Positions 17,175-27,122 are shown, numbered from the stretch's first letter. The stretch: 42,818 nucleotides of DNA from Candidatus Woesearchaeota archaeon (GCA_016926395.1 JAFGOT010000024.1:1-42818); one strand, 5' to 3'. Made by a program: numbers and translations. Notes: a model not told the origin generated them from the letters alone.

Positions 17175-17933
17175 ATGAAAACACAAATGCCTATTAAAAA
17201 AGAACAAGTAGAACAATTAATCGGTGGCGTAGTTGCTGGTTACAATGGATTAGTTAATATGTCTGGTTTAGAACAAGACAAATCTGCAGAAACAGATATT
17301 TTTGTTGGAGTCTCAACTGTTGGTTTAAGAAATCAATCTGAATTAGGAAAAATTGTAAACAATATGTTTTCTTTTGGACTAAAAGATGTATTTCAAGCAA
17401 ACGATTTTTTCAAAAGACAAATTGAAGGAGCTGGAGTCCCAAGTGAAGAACAATTAACTGCATTACTAAACACATACAAAACTGATGTTAATAATACTCG
17501 AGAAAAAGTAAATAATTACTTAAATGCAATCGAACAAAGAGCAGAAATTAAAGTTGAAGCTTTCAAAGATAAAGTAGAACTTCTAAATTTATCATTACAA
17601 ACAAAAAAAGTTCAAACAGTTGCTGATGCATTAGAATCAATTGCAGAGCTAGCTGGTTGGAATGCAGAAGTGAATACTAAATCAGTATATGATGCAGGAA
17701 AAGCAATTGGTGTTCTAGCACAATATAATTCTGATTTTGGATTTAATCAAGCAAATAAAATTGTAGTAGATATTGCAAGTGCATTAAATCAATCTCACGT
17801 AAGAAATGCGATTGGATATAATCCTTTTAGTGGTAAACTAATTCCTGGATTTGTTAAATCTGCACCTGATCAAACCTACAAAGGAAACCTAGATGTTGAA
17901 TTAATTGCAACAGAAATGGTAAGAAAAAGCTAG
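17175..17933 (+). CDS. Hypothetical helical/coiled-coil protein, 252 aa
   Basis: Long ORF followed by a CTAGA-GCAA-TCTAG hairpin and T-run. Confidence 0.85.
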   Translation: MKTQMPIKKEQVEQLIGGVVAGYNGLVNMSGLEQDKSAETDIFVGVSTVGLRNQSELGKIVNNMFSFGLKDVFQANDFFKRQIEGAGVPSEEQLTALLNTYKTDVNNTREKVNNYLNAIEQRAEIKVEAFKDKVELLNLSLQTKKVQTVADALESIAELAGWNAEVNTKSVYDAGKAIGVLAQYNSDFGFNQANKIVVDIASALNQSHVRNAIGYNPFSGKLIPGFVKSAPDQTYKGNLDVELIATEMVRKS

Positions 17934-17977
17934 AGCAATCTAGTTTTCTTTTTCTTAATTTTTTTAGAGGAACGAAA

Positions 17978-19012
17978 ATGAAAAGGGCGAATTTAGTTAA
18001 AACTTTAGGACTTGCAACAGCTTTAGCTTTTGGAGGCTTAGCAAACGCACAAGTAGATACTACAAAAACTAACTATGTTAACAATATAGAAGCAAACGTT
18101 TTATCAACACCAGATATGAGTAGATTTAGAGCTGTTCTTGAAACTAAAGATTTTACAATAAAAGGATTTGAAAAAACAACTTCTGACACCACTATTTATG
18201 GTGGTCATGTAAAAGTTAATATTCCTAAAACTAAAACGTCGCTTTGGTATAGACATGATGAAGGATTAAACGCTTTTACTCTTTCAACAGAAATAAAAAA
18301 ACAATCTATTTTTCCATTTTATTTACAATTTGATGATAAAACAAACGAGTACCTTGGAACAATGTCTTTATTGATGGGAAATATTCCTGTTAATAATAAA
18401 AATAATATTGATTACGGTGCTTGTTGGGTTGTTCCATGTGATGGAAAAAACTTGGTTGGTGGAAAACAACAACTTGCTGGTTACGCTTTGTTAGAAAGAC
18501 CAAATTCCACTACAGGAATAATAAAAGAATATGATCAAACATATCATTTAATTCATGGTTTTGATACTCCTGATTTAGGTGCATTACTTGATGGTAAAGT
18601 GGACTTTGAAACAGGAGATTGGAACGCTACTGCTGTTATTGCAGAAAATCCTGGTTTAATAACAAGCAAGAAAGGACCGCATGAATTTGCAGTATTTTAT
18701 GGGCTTGGTTATTTTGAAGAACATGTTCCTTATTTTTCATCAACAGGAACAAAAAGTAAACGAGGTTCATCTGCAAAAATATCTATTGGTGAATTGGCTG
18801 ATAATCTGATGTTAAACTTAGAAGCAGGTTACAATACTGGGAAAGTTGGATTTAGTGCTGGAGCACATTACAAAGAAGGTGCTAATTTAGCAGTCAAACC
18901 ATATGCTGCTATTGCTTACAAAGGAGAAAATACTTTTTCAGAATTAAAATTCTCAAAAGATGATAACAACAATTCAACGCTTAGTCTTTACTTTGCAATA
19001 GATTTGAAATAA
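17978..19012 (+). CDS. Secreted beta-strand-rich protein (outer-membrane beta-barrel-like)
   Basis: Signal peptide ...LAFGGLANA-Q; many short amphipathic aromatic-rich strands; ends LSLYFAIDLK. Confidence 0.6.
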   Translation: MKRANLVKTLGLATALAFGGLANAQVDTTKTNYVNNIEANVLSTPDMSRFRAVLETKDFTIKGFEKTTSDTTIYGGHVKVNIPKTKTSLWYRHDEGLNAFTLSTEIKKQSIFPFYLQFDDKTNEYLGTMSLLMGNIPVNNKNNIDYGACWVVPCDGKNLVGGKQQLAGYALLERPNSTTGIIKEYDQTYHLIHGFDTPDLGALLDGKVDFETGDWNATAVIAENPGLITSKKGPHEFAVFYGLGYFEEHVPYFSSTGTKSKRGSSAKISIGELADNLMLNLEAGYNTGKVGFSAGAHYKEGANLAVKPYAAIAYKGENTFSELKFSKDDNNNSTLSLYFAIDLK

Positions 19013-19024
19013 AGGCGAGTAGAT

Positions 19025-19708
19025 ATGAAATCAAAAAAGGATGCAAAAAAAGATTTATCTTTTTTGGATAAATCAAAACAATTTTATCATAAAGCGCTTA
19101 ATACTAAACAATATCAAAAACGTGTTGAATTTGAGAACTTAAAAGAGCAAGCTTTAGCTAAATTAAGTTATTATAGGAATATTTATCGTATTAATGATAT
19201 TTTTGATTATTACAAAGATCAAGTTGTGGACCATGTTGAAAAATCAGTGACTCAAAATGATTCTGATCAGTTATCTGTTGATAAGTCTGTTATTCATTCT
19301 CGGCAAAAAATACAGCGATTAAGACAAATTGTTACAAATGCTTATCGTGATAATCCAGATGGTTTAAAACGGTACTTTAATTATGATTTGCCTGTTTTTG
19401 CAGGACTTGCTTCTTCTGCTTATTTTCAATTAACTGGAGATATTTCTCCTTGTCTTAGTTTGGTTTATGGTGGTTTAGGTAGTGTTGTTAATGATTCTCC
19501 AGAAAATCTTAAAATTGGAAGATGCCAATTTCATTATTCAACTATAGGAAAACATGCTTTTGGAAAAGCTTCACTTGATGACTTGGCTTTAATGGGTTCA
19601 GAAGTTTTTAATTATGCTGATAAAGAATTATCTTTCAAAGATCGTGCTACTCGTTCTGTTTTTGATATTTTTGTTACAAAATCAACTGTTGATAAAAATG
19701 AAAAATAA
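19025..19708 (+). CDS. Hypothetical protein
   Basis: 227 aa ORF in an apparent operon. Confidence 0.75.
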   Translation: MKSKKDAKKDLSFLDKSKQFYHKALNTKQYQKRVEFENLKEQALAKLSYYRNIYRINDIFDYYKDQVVDHVEKSVTQNDSDQLSVDKSVIHSRQKIQRLRQIVTNAYRDNPDGLKRYFNYDLPVFAGLASSAYFQLTGDISPCLSLVYGGLGSVVNDSPENLKIGRCQFHYSTIGKHAFGKASLDDLALMGSEVFNYADKELSFKDRATRSVFDIFVTKSTVDKNEK

Positions 19709-20093
19709 ATTGATAAAAACATTTGGATTAGCTGCATTGGTTACTCTTGCTTCTTGCCAATCATATTCTCCAAATAATGTGAGAGATATGCCTTTGGATG
19801 ATTCAACGTTTGTTGATTTTCAATATTATTCTAATGGACAATCTTATCTTGTTGTAAAAGAACCGATTAAAGTTAAACGCTATGTGTTTAGAGATGATTT
19901 TCCCAAGAATGTTGCTTTTCAAGGTTTAGAGATATTTGTAAAAGATTCTGTTGGTAATTTTAATCTTATTGAGGATGTTCAATTAAAACATATTTCATTT
20001 AAAGAACGACGTGAATTAGAATCAACAATATATAATTTATGTGAAAAAATAAGTGAATATAATTATGATGTTTTGAAATCTAATTTTAGATGA
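19698..20093 (+). CDS. Putative lipoprotein
   Basis: MKNKLIKTFGLAALVTLAS-C lipobox; start reassigned to 19698. Confidence 0.7.
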   Translation: MKNKLIKTFGLAALVTLASCQSYSPNNVRDMPLDDSTFVDFQYYSNGQSYLVVKEPIKVKRYVFRDDFPKNVAFQGLEIFVKDSVGNFNLIEDVQLKHISFKERRELESTIYNLCEKISEYNYDVLKSNFR

Positions 20094-20534
20094 TTATTTT
20101 TTTAATGGTTGATATTTGCCTGTTGGAACTATTTTAACTGTGTAGTTTGCTTGAAGAGAGTCCGATAGTGCTTTTGTTTTTTCTGTTAAAAAATGCTCTG
20201 GCATTCCAAGATACGAATTCCATAAATCAACAAATTTAACAACATCTTTAGGAACTAATCTTTCACCGTCTTTAGTTGTAAACTCTTTATATTTTTGATA
20301 GTTATAAGCATCAGTTTCACCATTTTTCATATGTTCTTCTATCTCTGATTTTACTTTATCAAAAAGTTTTTTACCGCCAAATGTATATATCATCATATCT
20401 TCGGTATCAACATAATCTTTTCCTCCTTTGGCTGCATAGAGTGCCTGAGGTATTACTCTTGAAACTAATGTTCTTGCATCATGTGGGTCATCCAATCTAT
20501 ATTCGTCGAAGTTTGTTAATGATCTATAATTATC
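20094..20534 (-). CDS. In-frame continuation of the kinase ORF after its TAG (or separate TTG-start ORF 20094-20495)
   Basis: Frame is open from the codon after the TAG at 20535-20537 to the stop at 20094. Confidence 0.55.
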   Translation of the reverse strand, partial: DNYRSLTNFDEYRLDDPHDARTLVSRVIPQALYAAKGGKDYVDTEDMMIYTFGGKKLFDKVKSEIEEHMKNGETDAYNYQKYKEFTTKDGERLVPKDVVKFVDLWNSYLGMPEHFLTEKTKALSDSLQANYTVKIVPTGKYQPLKK

Positions 20535-22001
20535 CTAATTTTCTTGTAGTCCTTCACTAAACATTGCGCCTCCTCCAAGTGAAGTTGCTGCTTTAATGTA
20601 TGCTATGGAAAGATTAAGAATGTGAAAATTATTTCTTGCATTTAATCTATATTTGTCTGTTCTATTTGCCATGTCCATTGCCATTCCAATAGTGCATGTT
20701 TCTTCAGGAATGAATGGTTCTCTATCAAATTTTATGGTATCTTGTTTTTCAGCTTGATTTCCTAGTTCTATTAATTCCATTACTGGGATTGCTTCAGGGT
20801 ATGTTAGATCTTTAGGTTCATAAGTTCTATTTAGATAAAAACCGAATAATAAACCTGCACCAATAACTGTTGTGAATGCTAATGGTCCAATTGATTTTCT
20901 AGCAACTTTTTTAAGATATTTTGAACCAATTTGGTTTTGTTTAATTTCTTCTAATGCTTCTAGAATTTCTTTTCCATTTTGGTAACGGAAACTTCTTTTT
21001 CCTCTAATTTTATTGATGTTTTTTTCTTCATACTTGTATTGTTCTGGTCTTATCATATCAAAAATTGTATTTCTAATTTTTTTAGGAAGTTTCTTTACTT
21101 TTCTTTTATAATATTTTTTTAGTTCTTTTTCTTCTACTGTGGACATAAACTTTTCATACAAGTTTACTTTTTCAAGTAAATTTTTCCCTTCTTTTGTTAC
21201 TGTATCAAATAATTCTTTGTTCAAATCTTCGCCAGTAAACATATAATATGCGACAGCACCAAAACTATAAACATCATTTACTTTATCCGCTCTAAAATAT
21301 TCTTTGAATGTTTCTGGAGCTCGGTATAAGAAGTCGCCTGTTGCTTGTTTTTTATCCATGCTCCAAGATCCTTTAGAAGCGGTTCCAAAATCATTTAATT
21401 TAGGAATTTTTTTACTTGTATATTTAGAATCTGTGTATCTAAAGTGTTCTGGTTTGCCATCTCCCCAAATTTTATTTTTTGATGTGTGCATTGAGTTTAT
21501 TCCTTTTGCAAATCCTATTAAATCTTCTAAATTTTCATCAAACGTTCTATACTCAAAATTAATATCTTCAATGCTACTTGGTAGAAATTCTTCAACCATT
21601 GCTAATTCGCCATTTTTTAGAACTTCTTTGTAGGCGAAAGCTAATCCTTCAAGGGAGTTTGGGTTTCCATCAAGAAGTTCTTTTTTCATTAATTCTATTT
21701 TATCTTTAGAATCGGCGTCACGAAACATTTTTGTGAATTCTGTTTCGTTAATGATTTTGATAACACGAGGAATTTTAAGTTCACCTATGCTTTCATATAC
21801 AAGAGGTGCTTCTTTCCAAGATGCTGCTCCTAGTTTAGAAACATATTCAAACTTATCGGGGATTAATTCTTTAACATTAATTTCTTTTCTAGACCATAAG
21901 TGTTTTACAACAGGATCGTCTTTGTGTTCTTCAAGAACTGGATTGGATGGTCTTTGTCTAATTTCTTTTTCAGCAAGAATTAGTGTGTCGTCTAAAGTCA
22001 C
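20535..22001 (-). CDS. Membrane-anchored Hanks-type Ser/Thr kinase-like protein
   Basis: RVIKII, WGDGKPEHF (catalytic-loop variant), NDFG, YRAPE, DVYSFG; TM helix IGPLAFTTVIGAGLLFGFYL; GAGGTG SD before the GTG start. Confidence 0.85.
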   Translation of the reverse strand: MTLDDTLILAEKEIRQRPSNPVLEEHKDDPVVKHLWSRKEINVKELIPDKFEYVSKLGAASWKEAPLVYESIGELKIPRVIKIINETEFTKMFRDADSKDKIELMKKELLDGNPNSLEGLAFAYKEVLKNGELAMVEEFLPSSIEDINFEYRTFDENLEDLIGFAKGINSMHTSKNKIWGDGKPEHFRYTDSKYTSKKIPKLNDFGTASKGSWSMDKKQATGDFLYRAPETFKEYFRADKVNDVYSFGAVAYYMFTGEDLNKELFDTVTKEGKNLLEKVNLYEKFMSTVEEKELKKYYKRKVKKLPKKIRNTIFDMIRPEQYKYEEKNINKIRGKRSFRYQNGKEILEALEEIKQNQIGSKYLKKVARKSIGPLAFTTVIGAGLLFGFYLNRTYEPKDLTYPEAIPVMELIELGNQAEKQDTIKFDREPFIPEETCTIGMAMDMANRTDKYRLNARNNFHILNLSIAYIKAATSLGGGAMFSEGLQEN

Positions 22002-22129
22002 TTTTTCATCACCTCGTTTAGTGCGTACTCAAGTGCGTGTGATTTATTTCGAAACTTACCACTACGTATTCCTTCTCTAATTAGGATGATTGTTTTTTCA
22101 TCCACGGTAATACTTAGTCGGTGTTTCAT
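21998..22129 (-). CDS. Ribbon-helix-helix (CopG-like) regulator, 43 aa (absent from ORF track)
   Basis: MKHRLSITVDEKTIILIREGIRSGKFRNKSHALEYALNEVMKK; GGTGA SD; TGA stop overlaps the kinase GTG start. Confidence 0.85.
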   Translation of the reverse strand: MKHRLSITVDEKTIILIREGIRSGKFRNKSHALEYALNEVMKK

Positions 22130-22254
22130 TTTGTCACCTATAAGTAGTATTATTAAGTATTACTCATATTTAAATGTTTCGTTACTTTATCACTCAAAAG
22201 TGGTAATTTTATAAATTCACAATGTTTAAAAGGCATTTAGAAGGCTTAAAACTG

Positions 22255-22635
22255 ATGAAAAGAACAATTTTACTTAGTTTAATGGTTATTGTGGCTTTAA
22301 CACTCTCTGCTTGTGGTGTTGATAGTGCAGATGGTTCTGCTAACTATTCGCCAGAAGAAAAGGCTTCTATAAGTTCTTTTGCTCAGTGTTTGACTGATGC
22401 AGGGGCTGCAATGTATGGTGCAGAATGGTGTAGTCATTGTAAAGCTCAAAAAGCATTGTTTGGAGATTCTTTTGAAGATGTTTTATATTATGAGTGTACT
22501 GTTGAAGTTGATGCTTGTAATGCTGCAGGAATTGAAGGTTATCCAACATGGGTTGTTGATGGAAAAAAATATCCTGGGGAACAAAGTTTTCAAACACTTG
22601 GAGTTTTAACTGGATGTGAAGTTCCAACCATTTAA
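22255..22635 (+). CDS. Thioredoxin-like lipoprotein (VKOR-associated Trx type)
   Basis: Lipobox LSA-C; YGAEWCSHC...IEGYPTW. Confidence 0.85.
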   Translation: MKRTILLSLMVIVALTLSACGVDSADGSANYSPEEKASISSFAQCLTDAGAAMYGAEWCSHCKAQKALFGDSFEDVLYYECTVEVDACNAAGIEGYPTWVVDGKKYPGEQSFQTLGVLTGCEVPTI

Positions 22636-22736
22636 TTTTTTTATTTTTTTATGAGAACTTTTTTAAACAAATCAATATTATCTATTTTGGGTTGTTTCTT
22701 TTTCAAGGTTGCGTGTATTTGATTCTATAGTAAACT

Positions 22737-23291
22737 ATGGTTAATTTAAAGAAAACAGTATTGTTGCCTTTAGCAGCATTAACATTAGCTTTTGCTAAAG
22801 CAGATGTAGCTAAAATAGATAGTCTGAAATCTCCTTCTTCTTTGGAGCAGACAGTAGATTTTACAAAACGACATAAATTTATTCGATTCAGTGATAATAA
22901 TTTTGAAGGTGGTTTTGAACTTTCACCATTTCAAGATTTTGGAGTGAATATTAGTTTTCCTATACTTGATATTGGTGAATTAAGTTCCTTGTATTTTGAT
23001 GTATCTCTTAGTACGCCTTTTAATTCTCTAAGGCCATATTTTAGTCACGGTGTTACTGCAAGACTTGAAGATTTTGGAATTCAAGCAGGTCTTAATTATG
23101 TTGCAGATTCTAATGGTGCTCCTTTGCCACCAAATAAACTTAGTTATGATCCTGCACCGTATATTGGAATAAAACGTTTTTTCCCTGAAGAAGATGCTTC
23201 ATTCTTTTTTAGGTGGAATATGTCTAGAAATTCGTACGATCCTGCTTTCACAACTGGAATTTCGTTTGCGATTAATAGAAAACGAAGTTAG
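22737..23291 (+). CDS. Secreted beta-strand-rich protein (small beta-barrel-like)
   Basis: Signal peptide LAALTLAFAKA; alternating strands FEGGFEL, FGVNISF, LYFDVSL, FGIQAGLNY, YIGIKRF, FTTGISFAI. Confidence 0.6.
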   Translation: MVNLKKTVLLPLAALTLAFAKADVAKIDSLKSPSSLEQTVDFTKRHKFIRFSDNNFEGGFELSPFQDFGVNISFPILDIGELSSLYFDVSLSTPFNSLRPYFSHGVTARLEDFGIQAGLNYVADSNGAPLPPNKLSYDPAPYIGIKRFFPEEDASFFFRWNMSRNSYDPAFTTGISFAINRKRS

Positions 23292-23533
23292 TTTTTCTTT
23301 TATTTTTTTTTAAGTATTTTTAGAATTAGTCTGGGTGTTTTTTCTGGGTTATACTATGTTTATAATATAACATATATTTATATTTTTCGTTTTTATTTGT
23401 CATCACATAGGGGTAAAAAAACAAATCTTTAAATATGATGGTTGGGTAATAGACTATACTGGCTGTTTTAATTGAGGGTTGTTTTCTTGGATCAGCAAAT
23501 TTAACAGTCAAAGTCTGGGAGGTGTATGGGTTA

Positions 23534-25276
23534 ATGAAAGAGGAGTCTCTATCGTTGGGAGAATTTCTAAAAATAACTTGGTATTGGATTCCAAACAAAA
23601 TTCGCTTTTTATTCAATTTATTAATAAGAATAATTAGTGTTACCGGAGGATTTATCTCTGCGTATTTTTTAGGAAAGGCAATTGATAGTCTGGTTGCTGG
23701 AACAAATTTTAATTCTTTTATTTGGTTTGTTTTAATAATTGCAGGGATAGAATTAACAACAGTTTTTACTAGGTTTTACAGTAAATTTTACATACAATAT
23801 ACTGGAGCACAAATGGCTCAACGCTTAAGACGTGAAGGCTTTAAGAAATTGATGAGACTAAATATGTCTTGGCATGAATCTCAACAAACAGGTAAAAAAC
23901 TATCTCAAATAGAAAAAGGAGCGAGTGCAACTTCAGAACTTATGCGAATGTTTTCAAATGAAATAATCCAATTAATAGTAAGTGGAGCAGTGGTTTTATT
24001 TGTGTTCTTTAAAATTAATTTACTTTATTTAATTGTTATTTTAACATTTGCAATAGTTATTTTCTTATCAGAAAGATTTTTTGTGAAAAAAGTTTATGCT
24101 GCATCAAAAAGATATCATATCTACGAAGAAAAAGTTGGTGGTTTACTCTTTGAAGCAGGGAATAATTTATTATCAATAAAAGCTCTTGGCTATGAAGACA
24201 AAATATTAAGACTAATAAAAAATAAAGAAAAAAACTCTCTGCTGAATTGGACTAAAAGGAAAGTAGAGGGGCAGAAAAAATCCGTGACTGTTTTAGTTCT
24301 AACCGTGCTTGGTTACGCTGCTTTTTTTACTTTACTTGGAAGGGATGCAATATCTGGAGCAATAAGTGTTGGTAGTGTGGTTGTTTTTTTAGGATATTAC
24401 ACTAGATTCTCATCGGCGATGACGAATTATGCAAGTGTATCTTTAGGATTTGTGGCGTTAAAAGTGAGATTTGAGCGACTTAATGTTCTAATAAACGAAC
24501 CAGAAGAAAACGAAGATTTGCACGGTAAAAAACATTTATCAAAAAATTGGAAAAAAATTATTTTTGAAAATGTTGATTTTGCATACAAAGACAAAAAAGT
24601 CTTAAAAAAATTCAGTTTACAAATAAATAGAAATGAGAAAATAGGAATTGTGGGTTTGAGTGGGAGCGGAAAATCAACAATAGCTAAACTTCTACTAAAA
24701 TTATATGAGCCTCAATCTGGAAGAGTTTGTTTCGATGATAGGAATGTTAAAGAGATTAATAAAAAATCTTTACGAGAAGGGCTTTCTGTTGTTCTCCAAG
24801 ATCAAGAATTGTTTAGCACGACACTACAAGAAAATATAACTATGGCAGGGGTTGGAAGTGATACTTCTCGTCTTAATCAGGCTATTCATGTTAGTTATTT
24901 AAAGCCTGTTATTGATGAATTGCCTTTTGGGATTAAAACTCAAATCGGAGAAAAAGGTTTTAAACTAAGTGGTGGGCAAAGACAAAGATTGGGAATTGCA
25001 AGAGCCGTATATAGAAATACGCCTGTGATTATTCTAGATGAGGCCACGTCTAGTTTAGATAGTGCAAGTGAGTATCACATACAGAAATCTTTTGACGATT
25101 TGGGAAATACTACCTTGATAGTTATTGCACATAGATTAGCAACTCTAAAAGGAATGGACAGGATAGTATACTTGGAACATGGTGTGATAAAAGAAGAGGG
25201 TTCTTTTAGAAGTTTAATTGCAAAAAAGGGAAAATTCTATGAGCTTTACCAAAAGCAAAGACTCAAAGAAGTTTAA
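23534..25276 (+). CDS. ABC exporter, fused permease plus ATPase
   Basis: N-terminal TM domain; GLSGSGKS, LSGGQRQR, ILDEATSSLD, IAHRL; start placed after GGAGGTG SD. Confidence 0.95.
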   Translation: MKEESLSLGEFLKITWYWIPNKIRFLFNLLIRIISVTGGFISAYFLGKAIDSLVAGTNFNSFIWFVLIIAGIELTTVFTRFYSKFYIQYTGAQMAQRLRREGFKKLMRLNMSWHESQQTGKKLSQIEKGASATSELMRMFSNEIIQLIVSGAVVLFVFFKINLLYLIVILTFAIVIFLSERFFVKKVYAASKRYHIYEEKVGGLLFEAGNNLLSIKALGYEDKILRLIKNKEKNSLLNWTKRKVEGQKKSVTVLVLTVLGYAAFFTLLGRDAISGAISVGSVVVFLGYYTRFSSAMTNYASVSLGFVALKVRFERLNVLINEPEENEDLHGKKHLSKNWKKIIFENVDFAYKDKKVLKKFSLQINRNEKIGIVGLSGSGKSTIAKLLLKLYEPQSGRVCFDDRNVKEINKKSLREGLSVVLQDQELFSTTLQENITMAGVGSDTSRLNQAIHVSYLKPVIDELPFGIKTQIGEKGFKLSGGQRQRLGIARAVYRNTPVIILDEATSSLDSASEYHIQKSFDDLGNTTLIVIAHRLATLKGMDRIVYLEHGVIKEEGSFRSLIAKKGKFYELYQKQRLKEV

Positions 25277-25287
25277 TTTTATTTTTT

Positions 25288-26526
25288 TTATTTTCCATGA
25301 ACTCCAATGCCTTTGTAAATACAATTAGGGATGTTGTCATGAAACATGTTTCTACCATCAACAAAAACTTTAACTTTTGAGAAATCTATATTCTTAAAAG
25401 CATCATGGTTAGTTGCAAGTAAAATAGTGTCTGTTTTATTTTGTAATTCTTTAAGAGAATCAACATCGCTTTTAATGTAAGGATCAAACGTTATTACTTT
25501 TGCTCCTTTTTTTTCAAGAAATTTTTTAATTACTAAAGAAGGGCTTTCACGAAGATCTCCAACATTGGCTTTATATGATAGGCCAAGAAGACCGACAATT
25601 GTTCCATTAAGTGCTCTTTTATCTTCGTTTAATGCATCTTGGAGTAGATTGACTGTGTGTCCTGGCATGCTTTCATTTATTGTTCTTGCATTCCTTAAAA
25701 ACTTATGATCAAAACCTTTACTCTTAGCTTTTTCAATTAGATAATATGGATCTACAGGAATGCAATGTCCTCCAACCCCGCAACCAGGATAATGTGGCAT
25801 GAATGCAAAGGGTTTAGTTGAAGCTCCTCTAATTACCTCAACAACATCAATATCTAAAACCTCAAAACTTTTTGCAATTTCATTAATGAATGCGATGTTT
25901 ATATCTCTAAAACTGTTTTCTAATATTTTAGTAGCTTCAGCAGCTCTGATGTTTGACATCTTAACAACTTCTCCACTAATAATATTTGTATAAAACTCGT
26001 ATGCTTTTTCTAATCCTTCTGTTGTAAATGCTCCAACGACTCTAGGAATATTTCCAACATTCCACTTTGGATCTCCTGGGTTGATACGTTCAGGACAATG
26101 GGCTAAGAAATAATCTTTTCCAACTATAAATCCTTCTTTATCAAAAATTGGTTTAACAATTTCTTCCATAACTCCGGGATTAATTGTTGATTCAACAACA
26201 ACAAGTGGTTTGTTATTTTTGATATTCTCTTTAACTAAACTAACTGCTGAAATAACAGGTCTTAAATCAGGCATTTTAGTTTCATCAACAGGAGTTGGAA
26301 CACAAATAATTATAACATTGCTAGTTTGTAATGGCGTTGAATCCGTATTTGATGATTCAAAAACATCTTTGAAATTGCCTCCTTCAACAGGGTCAATTCC
26401 TTTAGAAATTTTATCTATTTTTACAGGGTCCTTATCAAACCCGAAAACATCAAATCCTTTTTGTTTACAAAGAACTGCTAATGGAAAACCTACATAACCT
26501 AAACCTACTATACTTATTTTTGTCAT
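25288..26526 (-). CDS. Nucleotide-sugar (UDP-GlcNAc/ManNAc-type) 6-dehydrogenase
   Basis: GLGYVG, CVPTP, VVESTINPG, PERINPG, GVGGHCIPVDP. Confidence 0.95.
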   Translation of the reverse strand: MTKISIVGLGYVGFPLAVLCKQKGFDVFGFDKDPVKIDKISKGIDPVEGGNFKDVFESSNTDSTPLQTSNVIIICVPTPVDETKMPDLRPVISAVSLVKENIKNNKPLVVVESTINPGVMEEIVKPIFDKEGFIVGKDYFLAHCPERINPGDPKWNVGNIPRVVGAFTTEGLEKAYEFYTNIISGEVVKMSNIRAAEATKILENSFRDINIAFINEIAKSFEVLDIDVVEVIRGASTKPFAFMPHYPGCGVGGHCIPVDPYYLIEKAKSKGFDHKFLRNARTINESMPGHTVNLLQDALNEDKRALNGTIVGLLGLSYKANVGDLRESPSLVIKKFLEKKGAKVITFDPYIKSDVDSLKELQNKTDTILLATNHDAFKNIDFSKVKVFVDGRNMFHDNIPNCIYKGIGVHGK

Positions 26527-26660
26527 TTATATTTACACCACATAACTATGTATTTTGTTTTTTGAATTTTGATTTATAAGGTTTATTGATTTTAAATCTG
26601 CTTTTTTAATCTATTTTACTTTCAAATATTTTAAAAAGGCTTATGATTAATTTATTTAAA

Positions 26661-27122
26661 ATGATTGATGTAGGAAAAAAAGCGCCTTCTTTTTCACTTT
26701 CTGATAAAGATGGTAAAAAAATTAGTTTGAAAGATGTGGATGCTAGTTATACTGTTGTTTATTTTTATCCAAAAGATAACGCTCCTGGTTGCACTATTGA
26801 GGCTCACGGGTTTGAGAAATTAAAAACAAAATTCAAAAACGCAAATGCTGTTGTTGTTGGAATTTCGGGTGGGGATGAAAAAAGCAAAACTAAGTTTTGC
26901 GAGAAACAAAACCTTTCCATTCTTCTTTTGTCTGATTCTGATTTTGCAGTTTCAACAAAATACGGTGTTTATGGTGAGAAAAAGTTTATGGGTAAAACAT
27001 ATATGGGAATAAATCGAGTTACATTTTTACTTGATAAGGATAAAAAGGTGATTAAAAGATATGATTCTGTTAAACCATTAACTCACCCTCAAAACGTGTT
27101 GGATGATATAACTAGCTTCTAA
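26661..27122 (+). CDS. bcp: Peroxiredoxin, BCP/PrxQ family
   Basis: YFYPKDNAPGCTIEA...VVGIS...LLSD...YGV...GINRVTFLLD. Confidence 0.92.
   Translation: MIDVGKKAPSFSLSDKDGKKISLKDVDASYTVVYFYPKDNAPGCTIEAHGFEKLKTKFKNANAVVVGISGGDEKSKTKFCEKQNLSILLLSDSDFAVSTKYGVYGEKKFMGKTYMGINRVTFLLDKDKKVIKRYDSVKPLTHPQNVLDDITSF

Noticed and set aside
23326-23616. 96-aa - strand ORF
   Set aside because: It overlaps the ABC exporter start antisense, lies in AT-rich spacer and has no start signals.
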